DNA of 64,000 bases from Eledone cirrhosa (lineage: Eukaryota). The stretch spans positions 35,712,001 to 35,776,000 of the forward strand of contig OZ024756.1 of assembly GCA_964016885.1 (NCBI GenBank), given 5' to 3'. Numbering within the stretch: the first letter of the stretch is position 1; each line of letters starts with the position of its first letter. A model generated the notes under the pieces. That model did not search any database. It was not told where the DNA came from and saw nothing but the letters and a program-made list of their open reading frames with translations. A program made the position numbers and the translations under genes. Below, piece after piece: positions 45,906 through 58,147 of the stretch.

Positions 45906-46100
45906 TAGGAACGAGTAGGACCCCGACGGCTGAGCTCAAGCTGTTTCGACGGCTAATTCTGAGTCCAGAATTAGCCGTCGAAACGGCTTGAGCTCAGCCG
46001 TCGGGGTCCTACTCATTCCTATTACCCACTCTACTACCCTAAGTATTGAGTACTTTGGTGCGTTATGGTCCATCTGGTTCCTTACCACATTTCCTTCGTT
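45906..46100 (+). mobile_element. Fold-back half-hammerhead element family A (also 57369-57562, diverged inverted copy about 46145-46315, fragment 8401-8444)
   Basis: About 115-bp palindrome whose right arm reads GAAAC-GGC...GCC-GTC-GGGG. A shared tail CCCTAAGTATTGAGTAC...CCTTACCAC follows; copies are flanked by (TA)n. Confidence 0.7.
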
Positions 46101-47082
46101 ATATATATATATATATTAAAATAATGGATGCAGTAAAAACCTGTTGTTAGACCATTACTCACCAGAGTACTCAATACTTGGACTAGTAGAGTGTGGTAAT
46201 ATGAAAGATTTGGGACCCTGACGGCTGAACTTTTGGTGTTTCAACAGCTAGTTCCAGTTTGAAACTAGCTGTTAAAACGGCAAGAGCTCAGCGATTGGGA
46301 TCCTGACATTTTCATGTATATATATATATATATATATACATATACATACAATCATACATATAATATATATACACACATACATACATATATACATATATAT
46401 ATATATGTGTTGGTGTTAGGAAGGGCATCCAGCTGTGAAAAACCTGCCAAGGACAGTTCTGTATGAGCGAGACATGGTTGCCCGACCAATCTTGCCTCAA
46501 GTGGAACAAAACCGTCCAACCCATGCTAGCGTGGACGATGGATGTTAAACGATGATATGATGATGATGATGATGATATATATATAGCATGGAAAATGGAC
46601 ATTAAATGATGATGATGATATCTATATTTAATATAGAAATGGCTTCTATAGGACTAGAGCTGTTTCATTCGGGAGCATCAGAGCATCCTAATGATTTGTC
46701 CCGAATGAAACAGTTCTAGTCCTGTGGAAGCAATTTCTATATCAAATATTTATACTCTGCTACGTATTGAGTACCTTACTTACTGTGGTTACCCCCGATT
46801 GAACCTGGGATAAACTTATATATCTTCCTGGTAGCATTAGAGAGTTTATTGGGTATATATATATGTATATATACATATATATGTATATATACATATATAT
46901 ATACCCAATAAACTCTCTAATGCTACCAGGAAGAGTCGAGATTCTAGTTTGTTCTAATTAATGATTATTTTTTGTTCTAAATGAATATTGTTTTCTCTAA
47001 TTCTCTCCCACATCCACCACCACCATCTTCAATCTACTCTACTCAGCCATTACTATTTCGTTATTTATTTAGTTTCATTACT

Positions 47083-47159
<77 letters not shown>

Positions 47160-47328
47160 TTTATTTTGGTTAGTTATGTTGCTAGTTTTTATTTTTATTT
47201 TATTTTATTTTATTTTATTTTATTTTATTTTATTTTATCTGTGAGCTATAAGAGGATTGATGATGAAGTTTATTGGAAACAAATCCCAATAATGTAGAAG
47301 GGGTGGAAATAAATCGATGAATGATGAC

Positions 47329-47378
<50 letters not shown>

Positions 47379-47379
<1 letters not shown>

Positions 47380-47775
47380 CTTTAAAATGAGGGTATGCCT
47401 GCTAATTGATATGTCCGTTCCAATAGACAAGAATGTATCTATAAAAACATTTGAAAAATTGAGCAAGTATAAGGACCTGGAGATAGAAATTGGAAAAATG
47501 TGGAAGTTGAGAACTAAAACAATACCTAAAGGGTCTAATGATTACTTATCCCAAATCCCAGAAACCCGCGTATAGAAGAAATACAAAAGATAGTACTAAT
47601 GGGAACTGCCCATATACTAAGAAAGATTCTGTCAATATAAATACATCACAGGTCTAAACACCTAAAGATACATGTATGTGTTCTTTCTTGAACATGGTGG
47701 ACCTTGTTGTCTCTTGAAGTCACTGGTTGTGACTTGGTGAAAACTCGTATGAACATAAAGCAAGATAAATGAAAT
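47379..47775 (+). mobile_element. 5'-truncated R4/Dong-like non-LTR element (restriction-like endonuclease C-terminus plus 3' UTR) inserted in (TAA)n
   Basis: CLLIDMSVPIDKNVSIKTFEKLSKYKDLEIEIGKMWKL...EEIQKIVLMGTAHILRKILS; TAA repeats on both flanks. Confidence 0.75.
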
Positions 47776-49136
47776 AATAATAACAATAATAATAATACTA
47801 ATAATAACAGTAATGACAATAAAAATAATAATAAGTTTAAAAAGGAAAAAAAAACTGCCACAAATTTTCAAAAAGTATTTAGTGAGTAGGTGTGTTATTA
47901 AGATATTTTCCATTGCTCTGATATTAATGGAAATTCATTTAGTTAAAGTTTGTAATATTTATTGTAACCATCATTGCCGTTTAACATCCATTTTTCCATG
48001 CTAGGGTTAGATGAGCTGTCCCATTGTGAGACAAGCCAGGTTGGATGACCATGTCTTGTTCATATATATATATATGATATTGGGTATATATATAGTATTG
48101 TGATGCAACTCCCAGGGGTCCCAGAAACCTATCAAAGATTTTATCAATTTTCTATTGATTCTAATTGACTCAAAATGGTCCAAGTTAATCTTAAACCATT
48201 TTGTATTTATTGTTGTTGTGGTTATAAGTATGGCCACTGTATTCAGTCGTTTTTCTTTGTGTCACACCTTATAACTGTTATATATCATAATCATCATCAT
48301 CATCACCGTTTTACATCCGTTCTTCCACGCTAGCATGGGTTAGACGGGTTGTCCTGTTGTGGGCAATGTCCTGTCGGCTGACCATGCCTTGCTCATACAG
48401 GAACTGATTCTGGCTTGATTTCTACAGCTGGATGCCCTTCCTAACATCAACCTCATTTACAATGAGTGCTGGGTGCTTTTTTCCCGTGGCGCCTACACAT
48501 CCACTTTACAGTGTGGGCTGGGTGCTTTTTTGCCGTGGCACCTCCATGACCACTTTGCAGTGGGAGGAGGCGGGGGCATATTGTCTATATGCTATGACAC
48601 AACAGTCCACACTGTAAGGTAGTCATGTAGGAGACACGGTATAAAGGCTCCCAGTTCACACTGTAAATGTGGTTGGTGTTAGGAAGGGCATCCACCTGTA
48701 AAAAACCTGCCATACGACACTTCCATACGAGCGAGACACAGTTTTCCAACCATTCCCACATCAACTGGAACAAAACCGTCTAACCCATGCTAGCAAGGAA
48801 GATGGACGTTAAACAATGATGATATATATACATATATATATATATCATCATCATCTTCATCATTAAATGTTCATTTTCCCTAGCAAAGATTGGATGGTCT
48901 TGACAGGCTTAGTTATTACTCAAGTGGGACTACTTATGATCCTGTGTTCAACTGAGTGCATTTTATGATGACACTAGCACTAGGGAGGCCAACTTGTCTT
49001 TGACATAACTGAAGAATGTTCTCAACCCTCTATTTAGCATAGATTCTAAGGCTGAATGCCCTTCCTAACCACCTACCACTTTACAGGCTGTTACTAATTT
49101 CTTTTATTCTCTTTGTTTTATTCTTTTTGTTTGAAG

Positions 49137-49294
49137 GATGATATGATAATGGAGATCAACTGTACCAATGAAAGTCTTTGTAGCTTAGGCTCCCTGGGTA
49201 GCATCCCTGACATTATGGAAAATTCAAGTGCAGTAGATTCATCGTATACTGAGAAAGATATACAACCTTGCTTACCCCTTTTTATCACATCCAG
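49137..49294 (+). CDS. Nav2: Linker exon DDMIMEINCTNESLCSLGSLGSIPDIMENSSAVDSSYTEKDIQPCLPLFITS(R)
   Basis: Polypyrimidine tract then GAAG|GAT; donor CAG|GTAAGT (phase 2). Contains the pre-DIII PCLP motif. Confidence 0.85.
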
Positions 49295-49812
49295 GTAAGT
49301 GGCACACTATTTCAACAAAATCATGTCACCATTTTTAACCCTGCAGCAAAATCATATTTAAATGAGTTTTGTTATTGTACGAACTAAGGTGTATTTTCGT
49401 ATTGTATTAATCTCTACTCTGTCTGACTATAACCAGTACTATACCAGTCTATAACCACTACAATACCAGACTATACCAGACTATAACCAGACTATACCAG
49501 ACTATAACCTCTACTATACCAGACTATAACTAGTACTATACCAGACTATAACCTCTACTATACCAGACTATAACCAGTGCTATACCCGACTATAACCAGT
49601 ACTCTGAACTTTTTCCAGCCTGTTAAAAATAATGATGGAAGATTTTTAGATTATTACTTGTATATACACTTTAAAATAAGCAGTTCTGTATCCTAGAACC
49701 AGGTTTCAGGTGTTTTGATATCAAAAGGGTTAAAACCTTACCTTCATTTCTGTGGTTAAACTATAAAAGAGTTTATATTATTCATTGATGTTAAGACTGA
49801 TTATTATTATTT

Positions 49813-50560
49813 AGGTGGAGTGGATGGCAGTATCGGTAGAGGGTCGGACGTCATGCTTTGACGCATAGAGTTACGCCCCTTGCCATTCTGAGTTCAAATC
49901 CCGCCAAGGTTAACTTTGCCTTTCATCCTTACGGGGTCGATAAAATAAAGTACCAGTAATGTACTGGGTAATTGCTGGCCTTGTGCCAATAGTAGAAACA
50001 ATTATTTAGGTGGATTGGCAGTATCGGTAGAGGGTCAGACGCCATGCTTTGATGCATAGAGTTACGGCCCTTGCTATTCTGAGTTCAAATCCCGCCAAGG
50101 TTAACTTTGCCTTTCATCCTTACGAGGTCAATAAAATAAAGTACCAGTAATGTACTGGGTAATTGCTGGCCTTGTGCCAAAAGTAGAAACAATTATTATT
50201 TAATTCTTTGGGCGGTGGATTGGCAGTATCGGTAGAGCATCGGACACCATGCTTTGTAGCATAGAGTTATAGCCCTTTGCGTTCCGAGTTCAAATCCCGC
50301 CGAGGTTAACTGTTCCTTTCATCCTTACAGGGTCGATAAAATAAAGTACCAGTAATGTACTGGTAGTTGCTGGCCTTGTGCCAACAGTAGAAACAATTAT
50401 TTTATAAATTTAAATGGCATAGAGTTACGGCCCTTTGCGTTCTGGGTTCAAATCCCTCCAAGGTTAGCTTTTCCTTTCATCCTTACAGGGTAGATAAAAT
50501 AAAGTACCAGTAATGTAGTGAGGTAATTGCTGGCCTTGTGCCAAAAGTAGAAACCATTAT
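49813..50560 (+). mobile_element. Tandem array of four tRNA-derived SINEs (Meta-domain-like core); other copies at 32194-32418, 39551-39737, 40851-41043, 51877-52100, 53832-54012 (+), 61210-61401 (-), and partial at 23421-23532, 34255-34355, 41835-41905
   Basis: A-box-like TGGCAGTATCGGTAGAG, B box GAGTTCAAATCC, core GCCTTTCATCCTTACGGGGTCGATAAAATAAAGTACCAG and tail GGCCTTGTGCCAAAAGTAGAAACAATTATT. Confidence 0.85.
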
Positions 50561-50583
50561 TTAATTATTTGTCAACTTTACAG

Positions 50584-50725
50584 ATTCAAGTGTCTTCGAG
50601 AATTTGATGAGACAGCCCACGGTAAAAAGTGGAATAATCTCCGTCAACACTTGTTGATGGTTTGTGAAAACAAATATTTCGAAACTGGTGTTTTAATAAT
50701 GATTTTTGCAAGTAGTATTTTATTG
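50584..50725 (+). CDS. Nav2: Pre-S1 and DIII S1 exon, FKCLREFDETAHGKKWNNLRQHLLMVCENKYFETGVLIMIFASSILL
   Basis: TTTACAG| acceptor and TTG|GTAAGT donor. Shows the WxxLR...E.KYFET...SS.LL pattern of Nav DIII S1. Not in the ORF track. Confidence 0.93.
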
Positions 50726-51039
50726 GTAAGTAAGACAACTGATATATATATGTATATATTCTTTTTCTTCTTCTTCTTCTTCTTCTTCTTCTTCTTCTTC
50801 ATCCACTTATTCCTGGGAGGGTTGTGAGGGCGTGTGGCCTAGTGATAACTGTGTTGGACTTATGATCAGAATGTCGTGGGTTCGATTCCTGGGCTGGCTT
50901 ATGTGTTGTGCTCTTGAGCAAAACACTTCCTTTCATATTGTTCCAGTATACTATATATATATATATATATACAGATATATATACATATATATACTTACAC
51001 ACACACATATAATATATATATATATATATACACACACAC

Positions 51040-51116
<77 letters not shown>

Positions 51117-51143
51117 ATGTGTGTGTATATATATATATATATA

Positions 51144-51188
<45 letters not shown>

Positions 51189-52587
51189 AAGTATATATAT
51201 GTATGTGAAAGCACATGCTCTAGTGGTAAGGGTGTTGGACTTACAATCATAATGTCGTGGGTTTGATTTCAAAACACTTCATTTCACATTGTTCTAGTAT
51301 ACTCAGCTGAAAATGAGTACCAAAAATAGCTGGGGGTTTTAACCCTGCAATGGACTGGTGTCCTGTCCAGGAGGGACTCTTGTACTCTCAGTCACTTCGT
51401 GCCATGAAACCGGGATAAGCACCACCCTAACGAGCTTTCTGGCTTAACCCTTTAGCATTTAAACCGGCCGTATCCGGCCAGAAATCTCTCACCTCTTTCT
51501 GTTCAAATCAGCATGAAATGGCTGCTCATACTGACGTTAAGGTATTGTTCTCAAAATGAATAACATCAAAATCTCATAGATTTGATATTATGTGAGATAA
51601 TTATGTAAGATAAAGCCTTTACCACAAAAATACAATAGCATATATAGAGTAATGTAAATTCTAAAGGGTTAAAACAGACTCTAATTGTTGAGGCAGAGTA
51701 CTCCTCAAACACGCCGAACCCCTAAATGTTATCCAACCACCTTGCTCATGGTCTACCCCTGGGTCTCCTGCTGGTTGGTTTTGGCCTGTAAAATATGTCC
51801 AGCAATTCTTTCCTGAGACATTCTAACCACATGTCCATAATATATATCTGATATATAGTGTCATTATTATACATCAGGGCTGTGGATTGGCAGTATCGGT
51901 AGAACATTGGACAGCATGCTTTGCAGCATAGAGTTACGGCCCTTTATGATCTGAGTTGAAATCCCACCAAGGTTAGCTTTGCCTTTCATCCTTACAGGGT
52001 TGATAAAATAAAGTACCAGAAACGCACTGGGGTCGATTTAATCGACTTTCCCCTCCCTCCCCCAAAATTCTTTGCCTTGTGCCTAAATCAGAAACCATTA
52101 TCATACATCAGTTATGAGATATCAGATATTTGATAATGTCTAATGATATTATACATCAGTTATGATTTATCTGATGTATAATGACATTTACTAGGGGATA
52201 TAACGTAGCTATCCACAACCCTGTATATATTACTGGGGAGGGTAATTTAGCTACCCACATCCTTGTGTATTTTACCAGAGGCGGGTGTGACTTAGCTATC
52301 CACACACCTGTGTATTTTACTGAGTGGCAGAGGTGTAACTTAGCTATTCAAACCCCTGTGAACAGTAATATATAACTGTACAACACTAAATTTTAATAAA
52401 GAAATAAATTTAAATACTCGTCCAACATATTTAAGTTTTTTGAAACAGCATGTTCATTTTGATAAAAATTTGTTGGATGAAAAATCATTTCAATTAAATA
52501 TTTGTTGAATGAAATCTCGTAGAACCATTTAGATTTCATATATTTCCAATATAAACTACCATTGTGTTGTTCTCTGTTTCTCTGCAG

Positions 52588-52761
52588 GCATTTGAAGATA
52601 TTTATTTACATGAAAAGCCTTATTTAAGACTTGCTCTTTTTTACTTGGATATTACATTTTGTTTGCTGTTCTTCCTTGAAATGATTCTGAAGCTTTTAGC
52701 GCTTGGATTCGTCCATTATTACACGCATTTCTGGACAATTCTTGATTTTACCATTGTTTGC
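52588..52761 (+). CDS. Nav2: DIII S2-S3 exon, AFEDIYLHEKPYLRLALFYLDITFCLLFFLEMILKLLALGFVHYYTHFWTILDFTIVC
   Basis: CTGCAG| acceptor and |GTAAGT donor; AFEDIY, EM.LK and W..LDF motifs. Confidence 0.95.
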
Positions 52762-52764
52762 GTA

Positions 52765-52950
52765 AGTAGAATATTTCCATAAGTCCACATCTGTCATCTA
52801 GCTCTTAGAATATTTCCATGATTCCACATCTAGTCATCTAGCTCTTAGAATATTTCCATGGTTCCACATCTAGTCATCTAGCTCTTAGAATATTTCCATG
52901 GTTCCACATCTAGTCATCTAGCTCTTAGAATATTTCCATGGTTCTACATA
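52765..52950. repeat. 40-bp minisatellite beginning at the 5' splice site of the S2-S3 exon
   Basis: AGAATATTTCCAT at 52768, 52807, 52847, 52887 and 52927. Confidence 0.9.
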
Positions 52951-53633
52951 TACTGTTTAACTATTAAACCTTTAGCATTTAAACCGGCCGTATCCAGCCA
53001 CAATTCTCTCACCTCTTTCTGTTCAAACCGGTCGTAACTGGCTGCTCATACTGATGTTAAGGTATTGTTCTCAAAATAAATATCAAAATCTCATAGATTC
53101 GATATTATATGAGAGAATTATGTGAGATAAAACCTTTACTGTGAAAATATAATAATATATTTAGAGTAATGTAAACACTAAAGGGTTCACTATTAATGTC
53201 CTGTACCACATGAAACCACATTCACTGTATAATTATTAATGTCCTGTACCACATGTGAAGGCACATGGCTTAGTGGTTAGAGCATTGGGTTGTGAGTTCA
53301 ATTCTCAGACCGGGTGATGTGTTGTTTCCTTGAGCAAGACACTTTATTTCACGTTGCTCCAGTTTACTCAGCTGTAGACATGAGATGATAGAACTGGGCT
53401 CCCTATCATTAAATCACCCAAGACACCTCCAACGAGATATACCTTGGAGGAGGCCAGCTAAACCTGCATAGGTGTGAGCTGTAACAACAACAACATGAAA
53501 CCACATCTATTGTATAATTTTTAATGTCCTGTACCACATGAAACCATGTCTTTATACCTTTCAGCCTGGAGAATTCACTAATTTAATTGTTGTTTTTTTT
53601 TTGTGTCTTTTTTTTTTATTTTCTTGTCTATAG

Positions 53634-53756
53634 ATAACAGTTATAAGTCTGGCAGCCTCAGGTTTAGGTATGGAACAAATTACTGCTTTTCGATCCCTCC
53701 GAACACTTCGTGCACTGCGACCACTTCGAGCGGTCTCTCGGTGGCAAGGAATGAAG
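53634..53756 (+). CDS. Nav2: DIII S3-S4 voltage-sensor exon, ITVISLAASGLGMEQITAFRSLRTLRALRPLRAVSRWQGMK
   Basis: Long T tract then TATAG|; donor AAG|GTATGT. Canonical DIII S4 RTLRALRPLRA. The ORF track shows this region in the wrong frame. Confidence 0.96.
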
Positions 53757-54955
53757 GTATGTCTATATTCTCTCTAAACCATATTATTCCTAAACCATGG
53801 TATTGTTAGAACATATTTCTAAAACATATATTGGCAGTATCGGTAGAGGGTCGGACGCCATGCTTTGAAGCATAGAGTTACGGCTCTTTATGGTCTGAGT
53901 TCAAATCCCGCCGAGGTTAACTTTGCCTTTTATCCTTACGTGGTCGATAAAATAAAGTACCAGTAATGCACTGGGGTAATTGCTGGCCTTGTGCCAAAAG
54001 TAGAAATAATTATTTCTAAAACATATATATTGATAGAAAGGTCTCAATGCTAAATTACTGCTTATCCTCATCAACACCACCATCCTCACCATCATCATCA
54101 CTACCATCACCATCATCATCAACACCATCATCATCACTACCATCACCATCATCATCACCGTCATCATTATCATCATCATTATCATCATCATCGCTATCAT
54201 CACCGTCACCATCACTAACATCACCACCATCATCATCATCATCATCATCACCATCACTATTATCACCATCATCATCATCCTCACCATCATCACCATCATC
54301 ACCATCATCACCATCATCATCACCACCACCGTCACTATCATCAGTATCACCATCACCATCATCATCATAATCATCATCCTCACCATCATCACCACCATCA
54401 CCATCATCACCACCACCATATCTATCATCACTATCACCATCACTACCATCACCACCATCACCATCACCACCATCATCCTCATCACCACCATCACCATCAC
54501 CATCACCATTACAATCACTATCATCAATACAAGGTGGGCAGCTAGTAATATCAGTACTGTACCAATGAATCTAAAACGAAGACTGCCAGATGCTACAAAA
54601 TACAATATGGTGGACGTTTTAGATAAAATTAAAAGCAAGTATGTTAAAACTGAAAAACAAGAAAAGTTTGACTTTAAATTTAAATGTAGGACTGGTTAAT
54701 GGTTTCAGTTTGAAATATATTGTATAAAGGTTGATGTTGGCAGATTTTCAAATTTCCAGACATGCTTTTCATTTTGTTTCCACAATCAGAATTTGAAATC
54801 TTTTAGAATTCATCTCTTTAAAATACATTTCTACATTTCTTCAGGGAGTCTCAACTTTTATATTTTTACTGACTTCTTTCTTTTTTTAAAGTAGTTAAAT
54901 GGTTTGTAGAAAATACTGAAGCACATACATGTATATATTATTCTCAAATAGATGT

Positions 54956-55241
54956 CATCATCATCATCATCATCACCGTTTTACGTCCATTCTTCCACGC
55001 TAGCATGGGTTAGACGGGTTGTCCTGTTGTGGGCAGTGTCTGGTCGGCTGACCATGCCTTGCTCATACAGGAACTGATTTGGCTAGATTTCTACAGTTGG
55101 ATGCCCTTCCTAACACCAACCTCATTTACAGTGAGTGCTGGGTGCTTTTTCGTGGCGCCTACACGTCCACTTTACAGTGTGGGCTGGGTGCTTTTTTGCC
55201 GTGGCACCTCCATGACCACCTTGCGATGGGGGTGTGGGGGC
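54956..55241 (-). mobile_element. RTE-tail SINE / non-autonomous retroelement (other copies at 15712-16043, 48290-48595, 59568-59895, 32750-33030 on -; 46408-46575 and 48620-48822 on +)
   Basis: Shared CATCATCACCGTTTTACGTCC...CTAGCATGGGTTAGACGGG...GGATGCCCTTCCTAACACCAACC; flanked by a 171-bp direct repeat. Confidence 0.85.
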
Positions 55242-56908
55242 ATCAGAATTTGAAATCTTTTAGAATTCATCTCTTTAAAATACATTTCTACATTTCTTCA
55301 GGGAGTCTCAACTTTTATATTTTTACTGACTTCTTTCTTTTTTTAAAGTAGTTAAATGGTTTGTAGAAAATACTGAAGCACATACATATATATATTATTC
55401 TCAAATAGATGTGTGTGCATATATGTGGTTAACCCTACGAGTGCCAGGTCTTTCCATTGCAGATAACATCTCTGTCAGACCCAGCTCCCGGCAAATAGGT
55501 GTACGTGTGTGTATGTATGTGTGTGTGTGTGTGTGTGTGTGTCTTTATGTGTGTGTATGTGTGTGCGTGTATGTATGTGTATGTATGTGTGTGTATGTGT
55601 GTATCTGCGTGTGTGTGTGGATGTGTGTGTACGTGTGTGTATGTGTGTGTGTATCTGTGTGTATCTGTGTGTGTGTGTGTGTGTTTAACCCTAATATCTG
55701 TCAGACCCAGCTCCTGGCAAATAGGTGTATGTGGGTGTGTGTGTGTGTGTGTACGTGTGTATGTGTGTGTTTGTGTGTATCTGTGTGTGTGTGTGTGTAT
55801 GTGTGTGGATGTGTGTATCTCTGTGTGTGTTTATGTGTGTGTATGTATGTGTATGTGTGTGTGTGTGTGTTTATGTGTATGTACGTGTGTGTATCTGTGT
55901 GTGTTTAACCCTAACATCTGTCAGACCCAGCTCCCGGCAAATAGGTGTATGTGTGTGTATGTGTGTATATGTGTATGTGTGTGTATGTGTATCTGTGTGT
56001 GTATGTGTGTATCTGTGTGTGTGTGTCAGTCCCAGTGTCTGGCAAATAAATGTGAATGTGTATATGTGTGTGTGTATGTGTGTGTATGTGTGTATGCGTG
56101 TGTATCTGTGTGTGTGTGTGTGTGTGTGTGTCAGTCCCAGTGTCTGGCAATAAATGTGAATGCGTACATGTGTGTGTATGTGTGTGTATGTGTATGTGTA
56201 TGTGTGTGTGTGTATCTGTGTGTGTGTGTGTGTTTAACCTTTGGAGTGCTGTTATCTGCCAATAACGGCTCCCGGCTAAACAAGGCAGGATTTGAACTCA
56301 GAACAGACAGAACTGGATCACACCCAATAAAACATCTTATCTAACTTTAACTATACCCCCAATCTTCTTCTCCTCGACTTATTTATAGCCATGCGCTACT
56401 GCCCCACATATTGAGTACTCTATTGAGTAATTATTGGCTATCCTGATTTATATGTATATATATACACACACACACACATATACATATATATGTGTGTGTG
56501 TGTGTGTGTGTCTAGGGTCCGTCGAGCTGCCGATCATTGAGTTGGGTAGGATCGATACAGATCGAACCTTGAGCTGATCAGTGGTGAAACACGTGTCACC
56601 AACCAATAACTGCAATGAAGGAGTAATCAATCGTCCTTGTTATCCTTTCAATATATTACACTCTGTATAGCTCTACACCTCATCACAGAAGTGAACCTAG
56701 ACATCGAGTGCTCTCCCGGGTGAACCTGCAGTAACTCCAAGTTACACCCCCTGGATATATACATATATATATATATATATGTATATACACATATATATAC
56801 ACATACATATATATATATATATATATACACACACATATATATACACACACGCATATATATATATACACACACACATATAAAATATATATATATATATTTC
56901 TCATTCTT

Positions 56909-56944
56909 TCTTCTGATGAAGGACTAGTGTCAGAAACGTTAAGA
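56909..56944 (+). ncRNA. Degenerate minimal hammerhead in a Penelope-like pLTR fragment; the downstream part recurs at about 62242-62312
   Basis: UCUU-CUGAUGA-AGGAC-UAGU-GUCA-GAAA-CG-UU-AAGA. The closing pair of stem II is broken. Confidence 0.5.
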
Positions 56945-57559
56945 CCCTCTTCCTGTTATTTCAAGCGTTAACCTAATATATTCCTTCGATATACTGTACC
57001 GATTGTGTTGTTATCTCTGTTTACCTTTTACACACACACACACATACACACATACATACATACATACATACATACATACATACATACATACATACATACA
57101 TACATACATAGGTGAAGGCACATGGCTTAGTGGTTAGAACATTGAGCTTGCAATCGAAAGTTCAATTCTCAGACCGGCTGATGTGTTGTTTCCTTGAGCA
57201 AGACACTTTATTTCACATTGCTCCAGTTTACTCAGCTGTAGAAATGAGTACCGGCCTGCCCGACCAGCAAGTGGGATGGCGTTATCTTATGGCTAAAACA
57301 GCACGACGTGCTGTGACCAGCGGCGCCCGACAGACTGGTCGGTCAAGGTGATCAAGGTGATATATATATAGGAAAAGGTATGACTCCGACGGCAGAGCTC
57401 AAGCCATTTCGACGCCTATTTCTGGTCCAGAAATAGCCATTGAAACGGCTTGAGCTCTGCCGTCGGGGCCATACCTTTTCCTGTTTCCCACTCTACTACC
57501 CTAAGTATTGAGTACTCTGGTGTGTTATGGCCCATCTGGTTCCTTACCACAATTCCTTC

Positions 57560-57593
<34 letters not shown>

Positions 57594-57682
57594 CATTGGT
57601 GGTGTTGATATTTAGAGCTATGAACAATATGTTAATAAAACCTTGAATGCTAGATCCTAACGCTATCTTTTCTCTATTCCAG

Positions 57683-57946
57683 ATCATAGTTAATGCTTTG
57701 ATGCTATCTATTCCTTCCATCTTCAACGTCTTGTTGGTGTGCGTTGTATTCTGGTTGATATTTGCTATCATGGGAGTGCAGTTATTTGCGGGCAAGTTCT
57801 ACAAGTGTGTCAACGAGACAAATATGAGGATCTCCTCAACGGAGGTGGCCAGCAAACAAGAATGTCTTTATAAAAACTATACGTGGGTTAATTCGAAAGT
57901 AAATTTTGACAACGTAGGAGGAGCCTTCCTTGCTTTATTTCAAGTG
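57683..57946 (+). CDS. Nav2: DIII S4-S5 linker, S5, extracellular turret and P1 helix exon ([42 protein letters not shown]...[15 protein letters not shown])
   Basis: TTCCAG| acceptor and GTG|GTGAGT donor; 88 codons with a highly conserved Nav DIII signature. Confidence 0.96.
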
Positions 57947-58147
57947 GTGAGTAAGTTAATTTGTTCAGTCCATTCTGGAGCCTTCTTTGTTTTATTTCAA
58001 GTGGTAAATAAGTTAATTTGTTCAGTCCATTCTGGAGCCTTCCTTGCTTTATTTCAAGTAAGTAAGTCAAATTGCTCAGTCCATCCTGGAGCCTTCCTTG
58101 CTTTATTTCAAGTGGTAAGTAAGTTAAATTGCTCAGTCCATTCTAGA
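57920..58147 (+). repeat. 4-copy tandem repeat (57, 57, 54 bp spacing) of the exon 3' end plus 5' splice site
   Basis: Units begin GGAGCCTTC at 57920, 57977, 58034 and 58088, each encoding GAF(L/F)(A/V)LFQ(V) followed by GT. Confidence 0.95.

Noticed and set aside
55430-55945. Telomeric repeat (TTAACCCTAA) seeds
   Set aside because: Single units inside a locally triplicated segment separated by (TG)n; not a telomeric array.
56560-56610. Hammerhead at GAAACACGTGTCACCAACC
   Set aside because: Only the 3' half (GAAA-CACGUG-UC) is intact; upstream reads CTGATCA with no pairing stem I. At most a fossil.
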